NCBI RefSeq assembly: GCF_006345805.1
Contig: NC_043004.1
Coordinates: forward strand, 3,596,001-3,660,000
DNA from: Octopus sinensis
Taxonomy: Eukaryota
DNA length: 64,000 nucleotides
Reading direction: 5' to 3'
Below are positions 13,241 through 26,599 of this stretch, piece after piece. Every line of letters starts with the position of its first letter. Position 1 is the first letter of the stretch. A model generated the notes under the pieces. That model worked only from the letters and a program-made list of their open reading frames with translations. It was not told the origin of the DNA and searched no databases. The translations under genes and the position numbers were made by a program.

Positions 13241-13411
13241 CCGTAACTTAGCCGTTCGACTAACAGAGCTCAATAAATTTTTAAAAATTAGATTGAAATA
13301 TATTCTTAACTGTTGAAGGCGGTACCCCAGCATGGCCGCAATCCAATCAATGAAACGGTATGAAAATTAAAGATCAAAATGAGTACGTGTGTATGTATGT
13401 ATGCATGTATG

Positions 13412-13447
<36 letters not shown>

Positions 13448-13718
13448 ATATTAATGTTTTGTGTGGTGGAGAGACATACTCACACAAACATACATGCACA
13501 CGTTGTAAGTATTATGTGTATGCGTGTGTGTGTGTGGTCAAGACCGTTTGTTCTGTTCTATTTAAATAATTTTCTTCCCATTTTATTATTTTATGGAACC
13601 TTTTCGAAATACGAGTTGGTTGTGTGTTTCTGCGGGTAGGTGTAGCTTTCCATACATCTACATATAGACCTGCCACTGCGTGTATGTATGTATGTCTAGG
13701 CCAACGTGTGTGCATGTA

Positions 13719-13759
<41 letters not shown>

Positions 13760-14849
13760 TTGTGTGTGACTTCAGTGTTGTTATTAATAATTCCAGTCTT
13801 TTCTGTAAATAGTTTTATTAACGTCCGTTACGATTTCCGCTTATTTCTTGTGCCGTGACCTGCTCCCAATCATATCCAACATGAACGCTAAACAGAGAGA
13901 GAGAGACACGGCCAGTTTCGGAGCTTATAACGTCCGTGATACCGAGACTCACAAGAGATCTTGAATGTGTATCCTTCTGACGACTTCCGCTACGACAGCA
14001 GCAACAACAACTGCTACAACTTCGTATTACCAACACACATCCTATAGTTAATCTTTTCATCCTTGCAATAGTCAATTGACCGGAAGTGAAATGAAAGACG
14101 AAAGGGAGATAATACAGATTATCAAAAATAATGTAACGGTCAAACACTGCATTTACAATCTTCTTTGATATTCACTCGTTTTTCCCTTTCTTTTCTTTTG
14201 ACTAAGCTTGTTATTTAGGAATAGATACATATATGCGGGTGTTCGTGTACATTTGTGTGTATATTTGTATGTACAAGGGCGAGACAGAGAGACAGAGAGA
14301 GCGATTCGTGTATATCAGAATGAGTTGTGTGCTTTGATACGTTTGTAAGTACGTGTGTGTTTTTCTGTTTGGTTTGCGTCTTTTTGTGTGTACGTTTGAG
14401 AGAATACGAGTTGCAGGATCTACTCACATGTGTGAGAGTATGTGAGTTAACGTATGTACGAGTCTATGTGTGAGTGTACGTGTATATGAGTGCGTATGTG
14501 ATACATATACCTATGCATGTCTATGAAGCTGTTCTATTTTGTGTAGATGCATAAGTGTACGTATATGTAATATTTGTTGTGTGTGTGTGAATGTGTTATT
14601 TTCAGTTAAAATTCTCCCAACAAATTCGAAGAACTCAAACCAATATCAATGAAAGAATAGACCATTAAATACGTCTTTAGCTCTATTTTAATGTTCTTAA
14701 CTCTTTCTTCAGTTTAGGAATTCAAACTACTAAATCTGAGTCTGCGATGCAGGTTCGATTCTAGGAGGAACACTTTCCTTTCATTTGCTCTTTGTTCCTA
14801 TTTTTTTTTAATCGTATTTAGCAACCAAGAGAGGGAGATATTTCAGCAA

Positions 14850-15420
14850 CTTACCTTACCCCTGGGTACTTCATAACCATCCCTAGCGATCCGGCATTCG
14901 TGCAAGTTTACGAGGGGTTTTTACAGGGATAATTGACAAATTAGACTTCATGTTCGGTGGACAACTGAGGACGTGGTTGTTGACATAAAGGCGGATGTGG
15001 AAGCACAATTGGGCCCCCGCGTCTATGGTCTTCAGCAGTGGAACCGATAGTGGGCACCCATAACAGCCTCGACAACGACAGACCGTCGGTTGTGGTCAAT
15101 ATTCGTGAGGGACATGGTGAACTCGGTGGCGGGAGACAACTCAACCTACTCCGGGAAAATCCCGTCACAATTACAAGTAAGTAAATTTCTTTGAAATATT
15201 AGATTAAGAGGGCAGACATCAAAAAGAACGGTGTCATTTGCGTGAGAGTGAGCGCCGTTGGAATCAGCGGTGAGTAATCCAAAGTTGTATAGAATATAGA
15301 GTGCGGAGCACAAATCCAGACCCTGGAGGACAGCGGAGGACACCAGGGTTGATTTAGTGCGTAGTAGAGATGACTCCATCAGTATATGCTGTGATGGTGT
15401 AATCTATTAAGAAGTTACAA
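14850..15420 (-). mobile_element. CR1/L2-like LINE, reverse transcriptase C-terminal fragment, highly degraded
   Basis: VSSAVLQGLDLCSALYILYN...HSHANDTVL resembles VPQGSVLGP...FADD; further 3' RLYVNNH...LSIIPVKTPR. Confidence 0.6.
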
Positions 15421-15744
15421 ATCCAAAACATTTTTGTAGCATTAGAATATGCCAACAGAAGACTGGGTGTCTTTCAGTCAGAGGTGGGAATGTAGAGATG
15501 CACGCGCCCCTATATCATGTGACCTTTATCTAGTTAAGGATGTCTGTTACACTGAGAACAGTGCACCATTCTGGTTCCACTTGATCTTTGTAGAAGGTTG
15601 GTAGTGTGGAGGACTGAAACCTTTTCTGGTCCTATATAAGAACAACCGGTTTGTGGCACAGACTTGTGGTGAGAATACAGGTTTGCCATGAGAAATCTTC
15701 TGTCAATGTGACACTTGGGTTTTGTGGCGACGGTTGTTTTAGTA

Positions 15745-16050
15745 TCTTAGTGGTTGGGGTGTTAGGCTCACGATCAACAGTCATCAGATGGATTCCCGTT
15801 GTTTCCTTGAGCAAGACCCTTTGTTTCCCGTTGCTCCAGTTCACTCAGATGACAAAAAATGAGTAGTACCAGTAATTCAAAGGGGGCGAACCTTGTCCCA
15901 TTCTGTGTCATGCTGAATTTCCTTGAGAACTACTTTAAGAGCATGCATGTCTGTGGTGTGCTCAGCCACTTGCATATTAATTTTACGAACAGTCTGTTCC
16001 GTTGATCGGATCACCTGGAACACTCCTCGTCGTAACAGACGGAGAACCAG
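15745..16050 (+). mobile_element. SINE family C with long 3' tail
   Basis: ccttgagcaagaccc...gctccagttcactcag central domain; tail ctcagccacttgc...ctgttccgttgatcggatca shared with 35728-36083. Confidence 0.8.
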
Positions 16051-16149
16051 TTAATATGTGAAACTTAGTATTTTGTAGCGACGGTTGTTCTAGCTGTGAA
16101 ATATTGATGTTTAGGTGTTTGTGTCTTTCTGCTGTTGAAAGAGAAAAAC

Positions 16150-17090
16150 ATTGATAAAACTTCAATTGAGAATGATCTCGATGCATCTAGGTTGAATAAG
16201 GGTGGCGGCCATGGAAGGTTGAATAGGAGTTGGCGTTATTGGAGGAGACGCTGAGTTTGTTGATATATAATGCTGGTGACAACACCGATCCTTGGGGGTA
16301 CAGCAAAAATGATAGAATGTGGATCAGAGAGAATTCCAACATATGCCGCAATGGTGCGATCTGACATGAAACCATTCAACCAAGAAATGAGAGGCGAATG
16401 AAACTCAAATTTGAGCAGCTTCTGTTGCTTTTGTTTTTTGCTTTTTTTTAGAAAGTTTGCGTACTAAAAATGCTGATTCGGATGCAGTGATAGTTTTAGT
16501 AAAATTTTCGTGGGTGAAGGTCACTGATGAATAACATAGGAGAATATGTTATCAGTAAATCTGGTTTTACAAACTTTATACTGTTGGTTCGTAATGAGAG
16601 AAAGTAAGGGGTGGGGGGAATCTAAGGTCTTATGAAAAGATCCTTGATAAAGACTGTTTTAATCACCATTGGGAAGAGAGTTCGATCGGGAACAGTCGCA
16701 TTTACTTCTCAAGGTTACCCTTCTTGGAAATGAGATTTACACAGAAAAATCGAAGACTTTGACAAGGATAGGGACAAACTCTGGGGTACATAATTTGAGT
16801 GGAGTAGAAGGAACAGTATTAAAGCAGGTTAGCTGGGTAGCCGGTTAGCTGGGTAGCCGAGTAGCTGGATAGCTTGTTGGTTTGAAGCAATTAGATGTGC
16901 TTTCTTTCGATATGTTTCTCTGAAAGAAATCAGTTGTGTTCAAATCTGAAGAAATACCCAAGACACGCTGTGTGCGAAAGTGGCTCAAACTATATCCATC
17001 TTGAATTTCTATAAAACAAACTGGAAACCAATCTGCAAAGAGATTCACAAACAAAACTGACCCGTGAGTCTGTCAAGGCAAAACAACGGC
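16150..17090 (-). mobile_element. CR1-like LINE fragments (RT and endonuclease-like remnants)
   Basis: YPQGSVLSPALYINKLSVSSNN at 16187-16375; GYSLSHFRTQRVLGISSDL resembles the CR1 APE domain. Confidence 0.55.
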
Positions 17091-17169
17091 ATGGAACTTT
17101 TTTTTCATAATTTAAATTGTAGTAGAAGAGAAACATACACAAAGACAAACACGCACAAACAAACACATA

Positions 17170-17800
17170 CACACACATGCGCGCGCGCGCACACACACAC
17201 ACACATACCAACTGCGGAAAACTCATGCAAAGGGTGAAAAGAAACACGCTAGAAAAAGATAAAATTAGAACACTGTCGTGCTTCCAACACACATACACAC
17301 ACACACACATGCACAGAGGCACACATAGATACATACATACACATGCATACACACACACGCAGAAGCACACATAGGTGTTCACGTACACACGCACACGGAC
17401 ACACACACACATACACAAACATACACATACACGCACGCACAGAGGTACACACATACACACGCACACACACGCACGCACGGAGGCACACATAGCTACACAC
17501 ACACACATGCGTACACGCGTACACACGCGCACAAACACAGAGGCACACATAGATACACACATATACACACACACGCACGCACGCACGCACGCACGCAGAG
17601 GCACACAGAAACACGCACACAAACATACACACACGCACGCAAGCACAGAGGCACATAGATATACACATACATACGTACACACGCACGCACGTAGACACGC
17701 ACACACGGAGGCACACATAGATATACACACACATGCGCACACACGCACACACGTATACACGCGCACACACGAGCACACACACACACGTACACCGAGCGCG
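17170..17800. repeat. CA/CG-rich compound satellite with cryptic 40-60 bp unit
   Basis: Anchor gaggcacacatag recurs about 8 times. Confidence 0.8.
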
Positions 17801-19879
17801 GTCCTGAATACACACAGACACAGAGAGAGAGGTCCGAATGGATGTAGTGTGATGTATTTGTTGCTAATTTATTGATTGGCAAAACTATTAGTTTAATGGA
17901 GGTGTGAAGATCATCTCTTGGTGGCGGTCAGTCGGATTATTACGGCCTTCTCCGCTCCTCTGCTCTAATAACCGCACCCCCAACTGAGATATACACCCAC
18001 CCACCTACCCTTTCACCCAACCATCCCATTCTGGAGACGATGGAAAGGTCTGCAAAACGCACCACAAATCATGCAACCCACCCACGCCCACCGCTACCGA
18101 ACCAGTTTGGTCGTAATAACGACTGACTGGAACCTTAAATGGCTATGAGGAAGGAAGGAAGGAAGGATGGAAGGAAGGTAAAAAGAAGAAAAGAATGACT
18201 GAATGCAAAAAGGCAGGAAGGAAGGAAGAAAGAAAGGAAGAAAGAAAAAAGAAAGAAAGAAAGAAAGAAAGAAATAGAAGAAATGAAAGGAAAGAGTGAA
18301 AAATGGTGTCCGATGAATGAGCAGCTTTGTGTATGTATGTTTGGTGTCTTTGGCGTGGAACTCTTTCGGAAGGTCTTCTTCAGTCAGCGAAAGATGGAGT
18401 CTAAAAAGAGAGAGTGAGATTTAATTGAATTTTTCATATTTGTATTGGTCACGCATTTTAGAATCAAGCAACGAGAGGCCTGGGTGGGGAGAGGAGAAAG
18501 TAGTGCAGTCATATATTGGCTGGTTGTTATTGTTGTGGACGATAATGATGATGATGATGATTATAATTATCATCATCACCACCATCATCATCATCATAAG
18601 GAGAAGGAAGGGGAGTCGGAGGAGGGCTGTATGTAATAATAGTTGCCAGATTCTTTGGGGTTTCATTTTACGGTTATTTATATTTAGACACATTATTATT
18701 ATTTTCGTTGTTCTTCTGGTTGTAAGCCGTTGTTGTTGTTGTTGTTGATTTCGATTTATTGAAATTCTTTTTTGTTTATTGCTGTTATTGTTGTTGTTGT
18801 TGTGCACAATACAAAGTTAGTTTTTATTGTTGTAATTGTTCTCGTTTGTCTTTTTTTCCCCCATCGTCAGTTTTACTGACGTTGTTGTTGTCGTTGCCTT
18901 CCCTTATTCTCTTAGCAATATTATCATTGTTGTTGCAGTTGCCTTTGTCTTCTTCATTTCCTCAATGTCGCTTTTGTTGTTGTTGTTGTTGTTGTGGTGG
19001 TGGTGGTGATGATAATGGTGTTGTTGTTAGTGGTGTTAATGATGGGTTTTTCTCGTCCCTTTCTGTACATGTTGTAGCTGCAAGTTATTTTCGCTTTTTT
19101 GTTTTTCTCTTCCCCCCCCCCCCCATGTTCTTCTGACCAATCATCCTTTGCGTAGTAAAATAAGGGCAAGTGTTCAGGGTAGTACACCCTCAAAGCAGTA
19201 GTACCCTTTCAGTCTATGAGGATGGACACCTGATGGATGCCGAAGAGGGTAGACAGATTTCTTGAGGAAAAAATGGAACAGACCCAACAAAAAAACTTTT
19301 AAGGCAAGAAAAATGCACTGTGAAGGATGGACTTACATTCTGTGAAAAGGAACCGTTTTCCTCGCAGAACAAAATGAAAGACACAGCCATTCACTATACT
19401 AACGAAGTTCTTACGAAATACACGAGAAATTTTCTGGCGAAGTATTTATAAGGATCGGGAAAGCAATTAGTAAAACTATCGGACAAAAATTTTTATAAAA
19501 AGGGTATTTATAAGTCAGCGATCTAGAGGACGTTGGCCTTTTTTTGCCCAGTCAAACAAAAGAGCTCCGCATGGTTGAGAGTGGAGTTTCCAGCTATGAA
19601 CAGCGCACGATGGACTTAGAGTGACCACTTAATCAGAGTGCAAATAGACGTTTGAATTATATATAGACGTCTTGTTTTAATTATTGTATTGTGTGGGTTA
19701 TTATTTTTATCATTTTTAAATTCTTCCCATTATATATTGTATAATAGCTCTCACTTCTCCGTTCGTCACAGTGTAATTTGTCCGTCCCACCTAACAATCT
19801 TTTTAAGCCCCATTCTTAACGCTACTGTGAAATTTTCCTCTATATTTGATGTTAATAATATTAATAAAATAAACGCGCC

Positions 19880-20105
19880 CTTTTAAAGCCTAGCCTGACT
19901 CATGGGCTCAGTTTCCCGGTTTCTATGGCGTGCGTGCTTCCCAGCTGAACAGGACGCCAGTCCATCGCAGCGTTACTCATTTTTGCCAGCTGAGTGGAAA
20001 TGAAGTGTTTTGCTCAAGAACACAACGCATCGCCCAGTCCAGGAATGGAAACCACAATCTTACGATCATGATGACGACACTCTAACCACTAAGCCACGCG
20101 TTTGA
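19880..20105 (-). mobile_element. SINE family C
   Basis: gaaatgaagtgttttgctcaagaacacaacgc...ccaggaatggaaaccacaatc...ctaaccactaagcc. Confidence 0.8.
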
Positions 20106-20204
20106 GGCTAATAAAGAAATTATTATTAATATTTTTTTCGTGTTCAGTTCCTTGGCGAAATTAGAAGTTTTAATTTGGAATCGTGGAATAAGGAAGAAAT
20201 TGCA

Positions 20205-20208
20205 TAAA

Positions 20209-20239
<31 letters not shown>

Positions 20240-20815
20240 TTATATATATATTGTGTGTGTGTGTGTGCGTATATATATATATATTATATATGTATATATA
20301 TATATATATAATATGTATATATATATATATAATATATATATATAATGTATATATATATATTATATGTATATATATATAATATGTATATATATAATATATA
20401 TATATATATATGATATATATATATAATGTATATGTATATATATATATATATGTTATATATATATATATATGTATATATATATGTATATATATATATATTA
20501 TATATATGTATATAATATATGTATATATATGTATATAATATATGTATATATATGTATATATATATATGTAATATATATATAGTATATATATGTATATATA
20601 TATATTTATACATATATATACACATATGTATATATATATTATATATATATATGTATATATATATATATAGTATATATGTATATATATATTTGTGTATATA
20701 TATATATATATGTGTGTGTGTGTATATATATATATATAATATATATATGTGTGTATATATATATACATACATATATATGTGTGTATGTATATATATATAT
20801 ATATGTGTGTGTATG

Positions 20816-20882
<67 letters not shown>

Positions 20883-20945
20883 ATATATATATACACATAT
20901 GTATATATATATATATTTATACATATATATACACATATGTGTGTG
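20205..20945. repeat. Compound (TA)n/(TG)n tract
   Basis: Direct inspection; source of several spurious YI-rich ORFs. Confidence 0.95.
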
Positions 20946-21049
20946 TGTTAAGAGACGCGATAGTCATGGATGGAACGCCATTGTTCATGAGAGTAGCAGC
21001 AACACTTTTAATAACGGTTTCCTATTTAGGCAGAAGGCTGCCAGTTTTG

Positions 21050-21230
21050 AAGGGAGGGGGTCAGTGATACTATTAACCCCAGTATTTGATTGCCATTTCT
21101 GTATTTCCTCCGCTCCAAAGGGCTGAAAGGCGGCAGCTGACTTCAGTGGTATTTGAACTCAGAACGTCGGAAGGAATACCGCAAAGCATATTTCCCAGAC
21201 GATTTATCAATTCCGCCATCTTTCCACTTC
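21050..21230 (-). mobile_element. SINE family B, degraded
   Basis: gggctgaaaggcggcagctgacttcagtggtatttgaactcagaacg. Confidence 0.65.
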
Positions 21231-21405
21231 AGCAACACCTATAACAACAACAATAACAACAACAACAACAACAAGATTTAAAGACTACCCGGATAAACAA
21301 GACGTCAATAAAACAAAACAAAAAAGCAGTAAAGAGAAATAGAGAATGGGGGGGGAGGGAAGTCTTAGACGCCATTGGTTTGAAGAGGGAAAAAACGTTG
21401 CCTTT

Positions 21406-21436
<31 letters not shown>

Positions 21437-22071
21437 TCTTTTGTCTGTCTGTTCGTCAGTCGTTCATACCTGACAAATTTCCTTCCGCCCTCTTGTTTAT
21501 ATATTTATTTGTTTTGTTCTGTTTGTTGTTTTTTTTTTTTTCTGGCTACGCTGCTGACTTTACAAAAGGGGTGGTTTCTAGATCGTGTCTAGGCAGCTAA
21601 TTATACGGACTCCCAACAAAAAATAAATATTGAATAAGAATTGCTAAAAAAAAAAAAAACAACAAATAAACAAAACCAAACAAAACAAATAAAAGTGGAA
21701 AACAAACAACGAAAAAGTCAGATTTGCTGTTAAAACTTTCCTACGACAAACAACCACCAGAAGAAGAATGGCGATTAGTCTTGTTCCTTTGCAGTCGTTT
21801 GTTGTTTTTGTTGTTGCTGCAGTTGTTTTATTCGTTGGTGGGGGTCGTTATTGTTGTTATTGTTGTTGTTATAAATCATTTGTTTCCGGTTCCGGTATGT
21901 CTGCCGTTGACCACCAGCACAACATGGCAGTCGTAAATACACTGAAGTGCGTTTGTTATCGTTTATGTCCACGAGTGTATGAATGTGTGTGTGTACAAGT
22001 CTATAAGCGTATGTATGTGTATGAGTGTAAATAGGTATACATAAATGTATGGGTGTATAAATGCGTGTATA

Positions 22072-22121
<50 letters not shown>

Positions 22122-22454
22122 ATGTAGTAGAGTGCTTTTGTTTGTTGTATACGTTTTCATAAGTGTGTCTGCATTTGTGTATTACATATCTGTAGAGCTG
22201 TGTAGAAGTGTATAACTCAGTATATTTGTCTGTACAAATTGTAAATGTATGATTGTGAGTGTGTGTATATGTCTATATATGTCTATACATTTAGTTGTGC
22301 GCATGCGTATAAAAGTAAATAGGTAAGCGCATGAATTAGGGCATGTTGTTTTACGGACAGTGTGAGTAGTAGAGGAGAAAGAGAGGGGGGAGTGGGAGAA
22401 AGGAAAGAGAGGGGTGAGAGGGAAATGAGAGAGAGGGAGAGAACTAGAATGTTT

Positions 22455-22888
22455 ATCTTTTACTTGTTTCAGTCATTAGACTGCGACCATGCTGGGGCAC
22501 CGCCCTGAACAATTTTTAGTCAAATGAATCGACACCGGTACTTTTTTTTTTCTATTTGAGCCCGGTACTTATGGTATCGGTTCCTTTTGCCGAACCGCTA
22601 AGTTACGGAGACGTAAACACACCAACATCGGTTGTCAAACGGTGGTGGGAGGTAAACACACACAAAAACTCACACTTACACACACACACACATAAAGGGG
22701 TTCCTTATACACGTTAAAATACGGTGTGTATATATATATATATATATGAAGGGCTTCTTTCAGTTTCCGTCTACCAAATCCACTCACAAGTCCAAGGCTA
22801 TAGTAGAAGACACTTGCCCAAGGTGCCACGCAATGGCACTGAACCCGGTTGGGAAGCAAGCTTCTTACCACACACCAAAGTATGCGCC
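22455..22888 (-). mobile_element. SINE family A
   Basis: Tail and head both recognisable around an internal CA/TA tract. Confidence 0.85.
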
Positions 22889-23152
22889 TGTTTGTGCTAA
22901 AGCTTTGAGTATGTGTGTGTATGCGGGGGTATCCATACATATGCGTACGCAGCATGCAGTCCCATGGAGGACGCGCACCTATGTGAACACATGCATGTGC
23001 ATGAGGGTATGTGTGAGTGGATGTATATATGTGCTTATATGTTTATGTGCGTAAATGTATATATGTGTATGGGGGTGAATTACGTAGCCTCGAGCCGACC
23101 AAAGTCCTGTGAGTGGATTTGATAGACGGAAACTGAAAGAAGCCCGTCGTGT

Positions 23153-23183
<31 letters not shown>

Positions 23184-23296
23184 CACACACACGGTAGGCT
23201 TTTTTCACGTATATAAATATAGAGACAGACAAACAGAATGACGGAGATGGATGGCTGTATGCATATATGCATCGATTAAATATAGATATGTATGCG

Positions 23297-23341
<45 letters not shown>

Positions 23342-23361
23342 GCACACTATATATAGAGAGA

Positions 23362-23438
23362 GAGGAGCGTCCAATAACACTGTACTTATCCCATGTCCTC
23401 GCGTTGTTGTTTTTTCTTGTTTGTTCATGTTTGGATTG

Positions 23439-23440
<2 letters not shown>
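23362..23440 (+). mobile_element. Penelope-like terminal-repeat fragment (segment downstream of the hammerhead)
   Basis: gagcgtccaataac...tcctcgcgttgttgttttttcttg is homologous to 36290-36350 and to the reverse complement of 54362-54450. Confidence 0.55.
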
Positions 23441-23472
<32 letters not shown>

Positions 23473-23478
<6 letters not shown>

Positions 23479-23705
23479 GTTCAAAAAGTTTCTCTGCAGT
23501 AAGTATTTAATGGTTTTCGGGCGATTCTTATATACTGCTTCTTTACTTCCTCCCCAGCAAAAAAATCTGGCGGTGTTAAATCATGTGATCTTGGTAGCTA
23601 AAGTCCCTTGGAAATAATCTGTTCACCGAAAAACTCTTGAAGTAGCACCATGGTGATGTACAGGTTGAAAAAAATTCACTGCAGAGAGACTTTTTGAACA
23701 CCCTG
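23473..23705 (-). mobile_element. Tc1/mariner-superfamily deletion derivative (MITE)
   Basis: 28-bp TIRs (tagggtgttcaaaaagtttctctgcagt; 26/28 match); interior encodes LLQEFFGEQIISKGL*LPRSHDLTPPDFF...KEAVYKNRPKT, resembling the WPPRSPDLTP.DFFLWG motif. Confidence 0.85.
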
Positions 23706-23713
23706 GATGGATG

Positions 23714-23837
<124 letters not shown>

Positions 23838-24665
23838 AACTATATATGTATGTATACACACACATGTCTATAGGCTCGCAAACACATATATCCCTGTATC
23901 TAAATATATTTACATCTGCACACGCAAACAAACAAACAGTCTCGTAGTTTTCGCGCCTGCTATATAAACGTCCGCTCCCGTCACATGCAGGCATACAGGT
24001 AGCAAGCAAATCGGTGGTACAGTCTGGTGAATGTACCACCTTACCCCTTATACTTCCTTTTCTTTATAGTAACTACGTTTCATTTGTTGACATAGTCATG
24101 TGATCGAAGAATTATCATACAGTTGCAAATGGACTGAAGTCACGTGTCGTTTGCCGTTCTTTTCACAGAACCACCATTGCACAATGGAGGAAAACATCCT
24201 CTCAGCTGTGGTTCTCTTAAGCTTTTACGTGCCTTTAAGTCGAAATAGATACGAAGACTGTTGCGGGTTTTGCAGTTGAATATACAAAAAAAAAAGGAGA
24301 AGAAGAAGAAATCTTGGGTGTATTAGATATTCCTCTGTCTCAAAGCACACCAGCATTTTCTCTTCATATATATTCTGTTTATTTATCTATTTATTTATTC
24401 ATTTAATAAAGGGGTTGACCTGAAGAGAGGAGTTCGTATCCTCGTCTTGTAGTTTTGAGGCCGTTCCACATCAAAAACAACTAATTCTTTAGCCATTTCA
24501 AAGATTCTAGTATAAATTGTAACACTACGGTAGTTTTAGATGTATACGCTTACACTAATAAATGCATACATAGCTATAACTATATACACACATATATATG
24601 CGTTTTGGAAAAAAATTTCTGAAAACATATTCGGCGAAAGAATTTTCGTAGAAAAACTGGTTACA

Positions 24666-24705
<40 letters not shown>

Positions 24706-24780
24706 AAAATAAGCAACAGGATATCAAGTAGTAATACAGCACGACCGTTCAAGCGGCTCCATTTAATTGAACAATGCAAT

Positions 24781-24850
<70 letters not shown>

Positions 24851-24852
24851 TA

Positions 24853-25016
24853 TGCGCAGGCATGGCTGTGTGGTGAGTAGCTTGCTTACAAACCACGTGG
24901 TTCCGAGTTCAGTCTCACTGCGTGGCATCTTGGGCCAATGTCTTCTACTATAGCCTCGGGCCGACCAAAGCTTTGTGAGTGGATTTGGTAGACGGAAACT
25001 GAAAGAAGCCCGTCGT

Positions 25017-25090
<74 letters not shown>

Positions 25091-25286
25091 GTGTGTGTTT
25101 GTGTGTCTGCGTTTGTCCCTCCATCATCGCTTGACAACCGATGTTGGCGTTTACGTCCTCGTTACTCAGCGGTTCGGCAAAGTATAAGAACTAGGCTCAC
25201 AAAGAATATGTCCTGGGGTCGATTTGTTCGATTAAAGGCAGTGCTCCAGCATGACCGAGGCAAATGACTGAAACAAATAAAAGAAT
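24853..25286 (+). mobile_element. SINE family A with internal (TAGA)n
   Basis: Full head and tail; (GATA)n at about 25017-25089. Confidence 0.9.
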
Positions 25287-25463
25287 ATATATATATATAT
25301 ATATTATATACATACATATTTAATGTCACAATTTACTGATATGTCAATCACTGTCCATAACATTTTAAAATCCTAAAACTTAGATATTGTTTATGTGTAA
25401 AGAAATTTATAGATCAGACTTATTCTACAGAATTTGTCAGATTAAGGAAGTTATTTATAATAA

Positions 25464-25845
25464 TCTCTCTCTATATAAAGGGCAGTTTGTCTGTCTGTGT
25501 GTCTGTGTGTCTGTCAGGTTGTACCCTAACCCTGACCACGGCTTTCAACCGATTCTGATGAAACTTGACACACACATAGCCCAATGTCATAATTCAAAAC
25601 TAACGCAGCGAAAATTTTGAAAAGTTCCCCCAGTTCTGAAAAAAATCGATAAATTCGACATGGGGTCGAGAATCAGAAACACAAACCACAGACTGTCTAG
25701 GGGACGCAACTCGACCTTTTTAACTCTCAAAAAAATTTACCATCATTTTTTTTCCATTTTTTGCTATTTTTTGGCTATAACTCTCTAAAAATGCTTTATA
25801 GTTATTTCCCTTACAAACCCGAGCAACGCCGGGCGATACTGCTAG
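25464..25845 (+). mobile_element. Non-autonomous Helitron
   Basis: 5' TC, 3' CTAG, inserted between A and T with no TSD; GC-rich hairpin CCCGAGCAACGCCGGG ends 8 nt upstream of CTAG. Confidence 0.85.
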
Positions 25846-26599
25846 TCATAGAATAAAATAGTCGCACCATAAAATCTTTAGTGCCCTTCATTAAAATATT
25901 CTAGTCACAGAATAATTAAGAGTGATGCATTAGTTTTGTTGTGGTCGTTGTGTCCCTATTTCAGAATTAATAATTGGAGGGGCAATGAATGATCTGAACA
26001 AAATAGTCTTCGGCATTGAGCGACGTCCCTTTAGATCCTCTAGTCAAACTCGGTGTCATCATGTTTCCCTGGGTCGATAAAATAAGTACGAAACAAATTA
26101 TTATATCAGACTTAATTATTCCACCCAGAATGGTTTGTGATCATGTACCACTGTTAGAAACCATTATTAGTGCTATCATCAGTAAAGAATTTAGAACGTT
26201 CAGATATTTATTATGCAGGATGATCGTTTAACGCACACACACTCGCTCACAGAAAATAACTGATTTCAAATTTTGGCACATCCTACTGCTTCGAAACCTG
26301 CAGCTTCTGTATCCAGATTTGTTTTGTAAGTAAATGCCTGAGCGACAATTTGGAAAAGTAGAGTATTCATAAAGGGAAGTCAACCAACTAACTCACACAT
26401 TACAAATGCATTCTGTAAGTAGAACAGTAAAAATATGCAAGACTTTTTTCAAGTTTAAAATATGACGTTGTTTTGTTATCTACATTCCAACGATGAGGCT
26501 TTGTATCTTTGATAGAAACCAGTTCCTTCCTCTGATGAAGATGTCAAATAATTAAAAAGCAGAAGGTAACACACACACACACACACACACACCACACAC

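Noticed and set aside
16827-16874. 16-bp unit repeated three times (ggttagctgggtagcc)
   Set aside because: A simple local tandem duplication inside a CR1 remnant.
16926-16990. CUGAAGA...GAAA matches here and at 11465-11495 and 18355-18385
   Set aside because: Helices do not abut the core or helix I is absent; the first lies in CR1 coding remnant, and such matches are expected by chance.
18421-19193. Poly-N/Q/H/C/T ORFs (also 31577-31906, 39499-39891 and 60230-60883)
   Set aside because: Trinucleotide microsatellites with no flanking domain or splice support.
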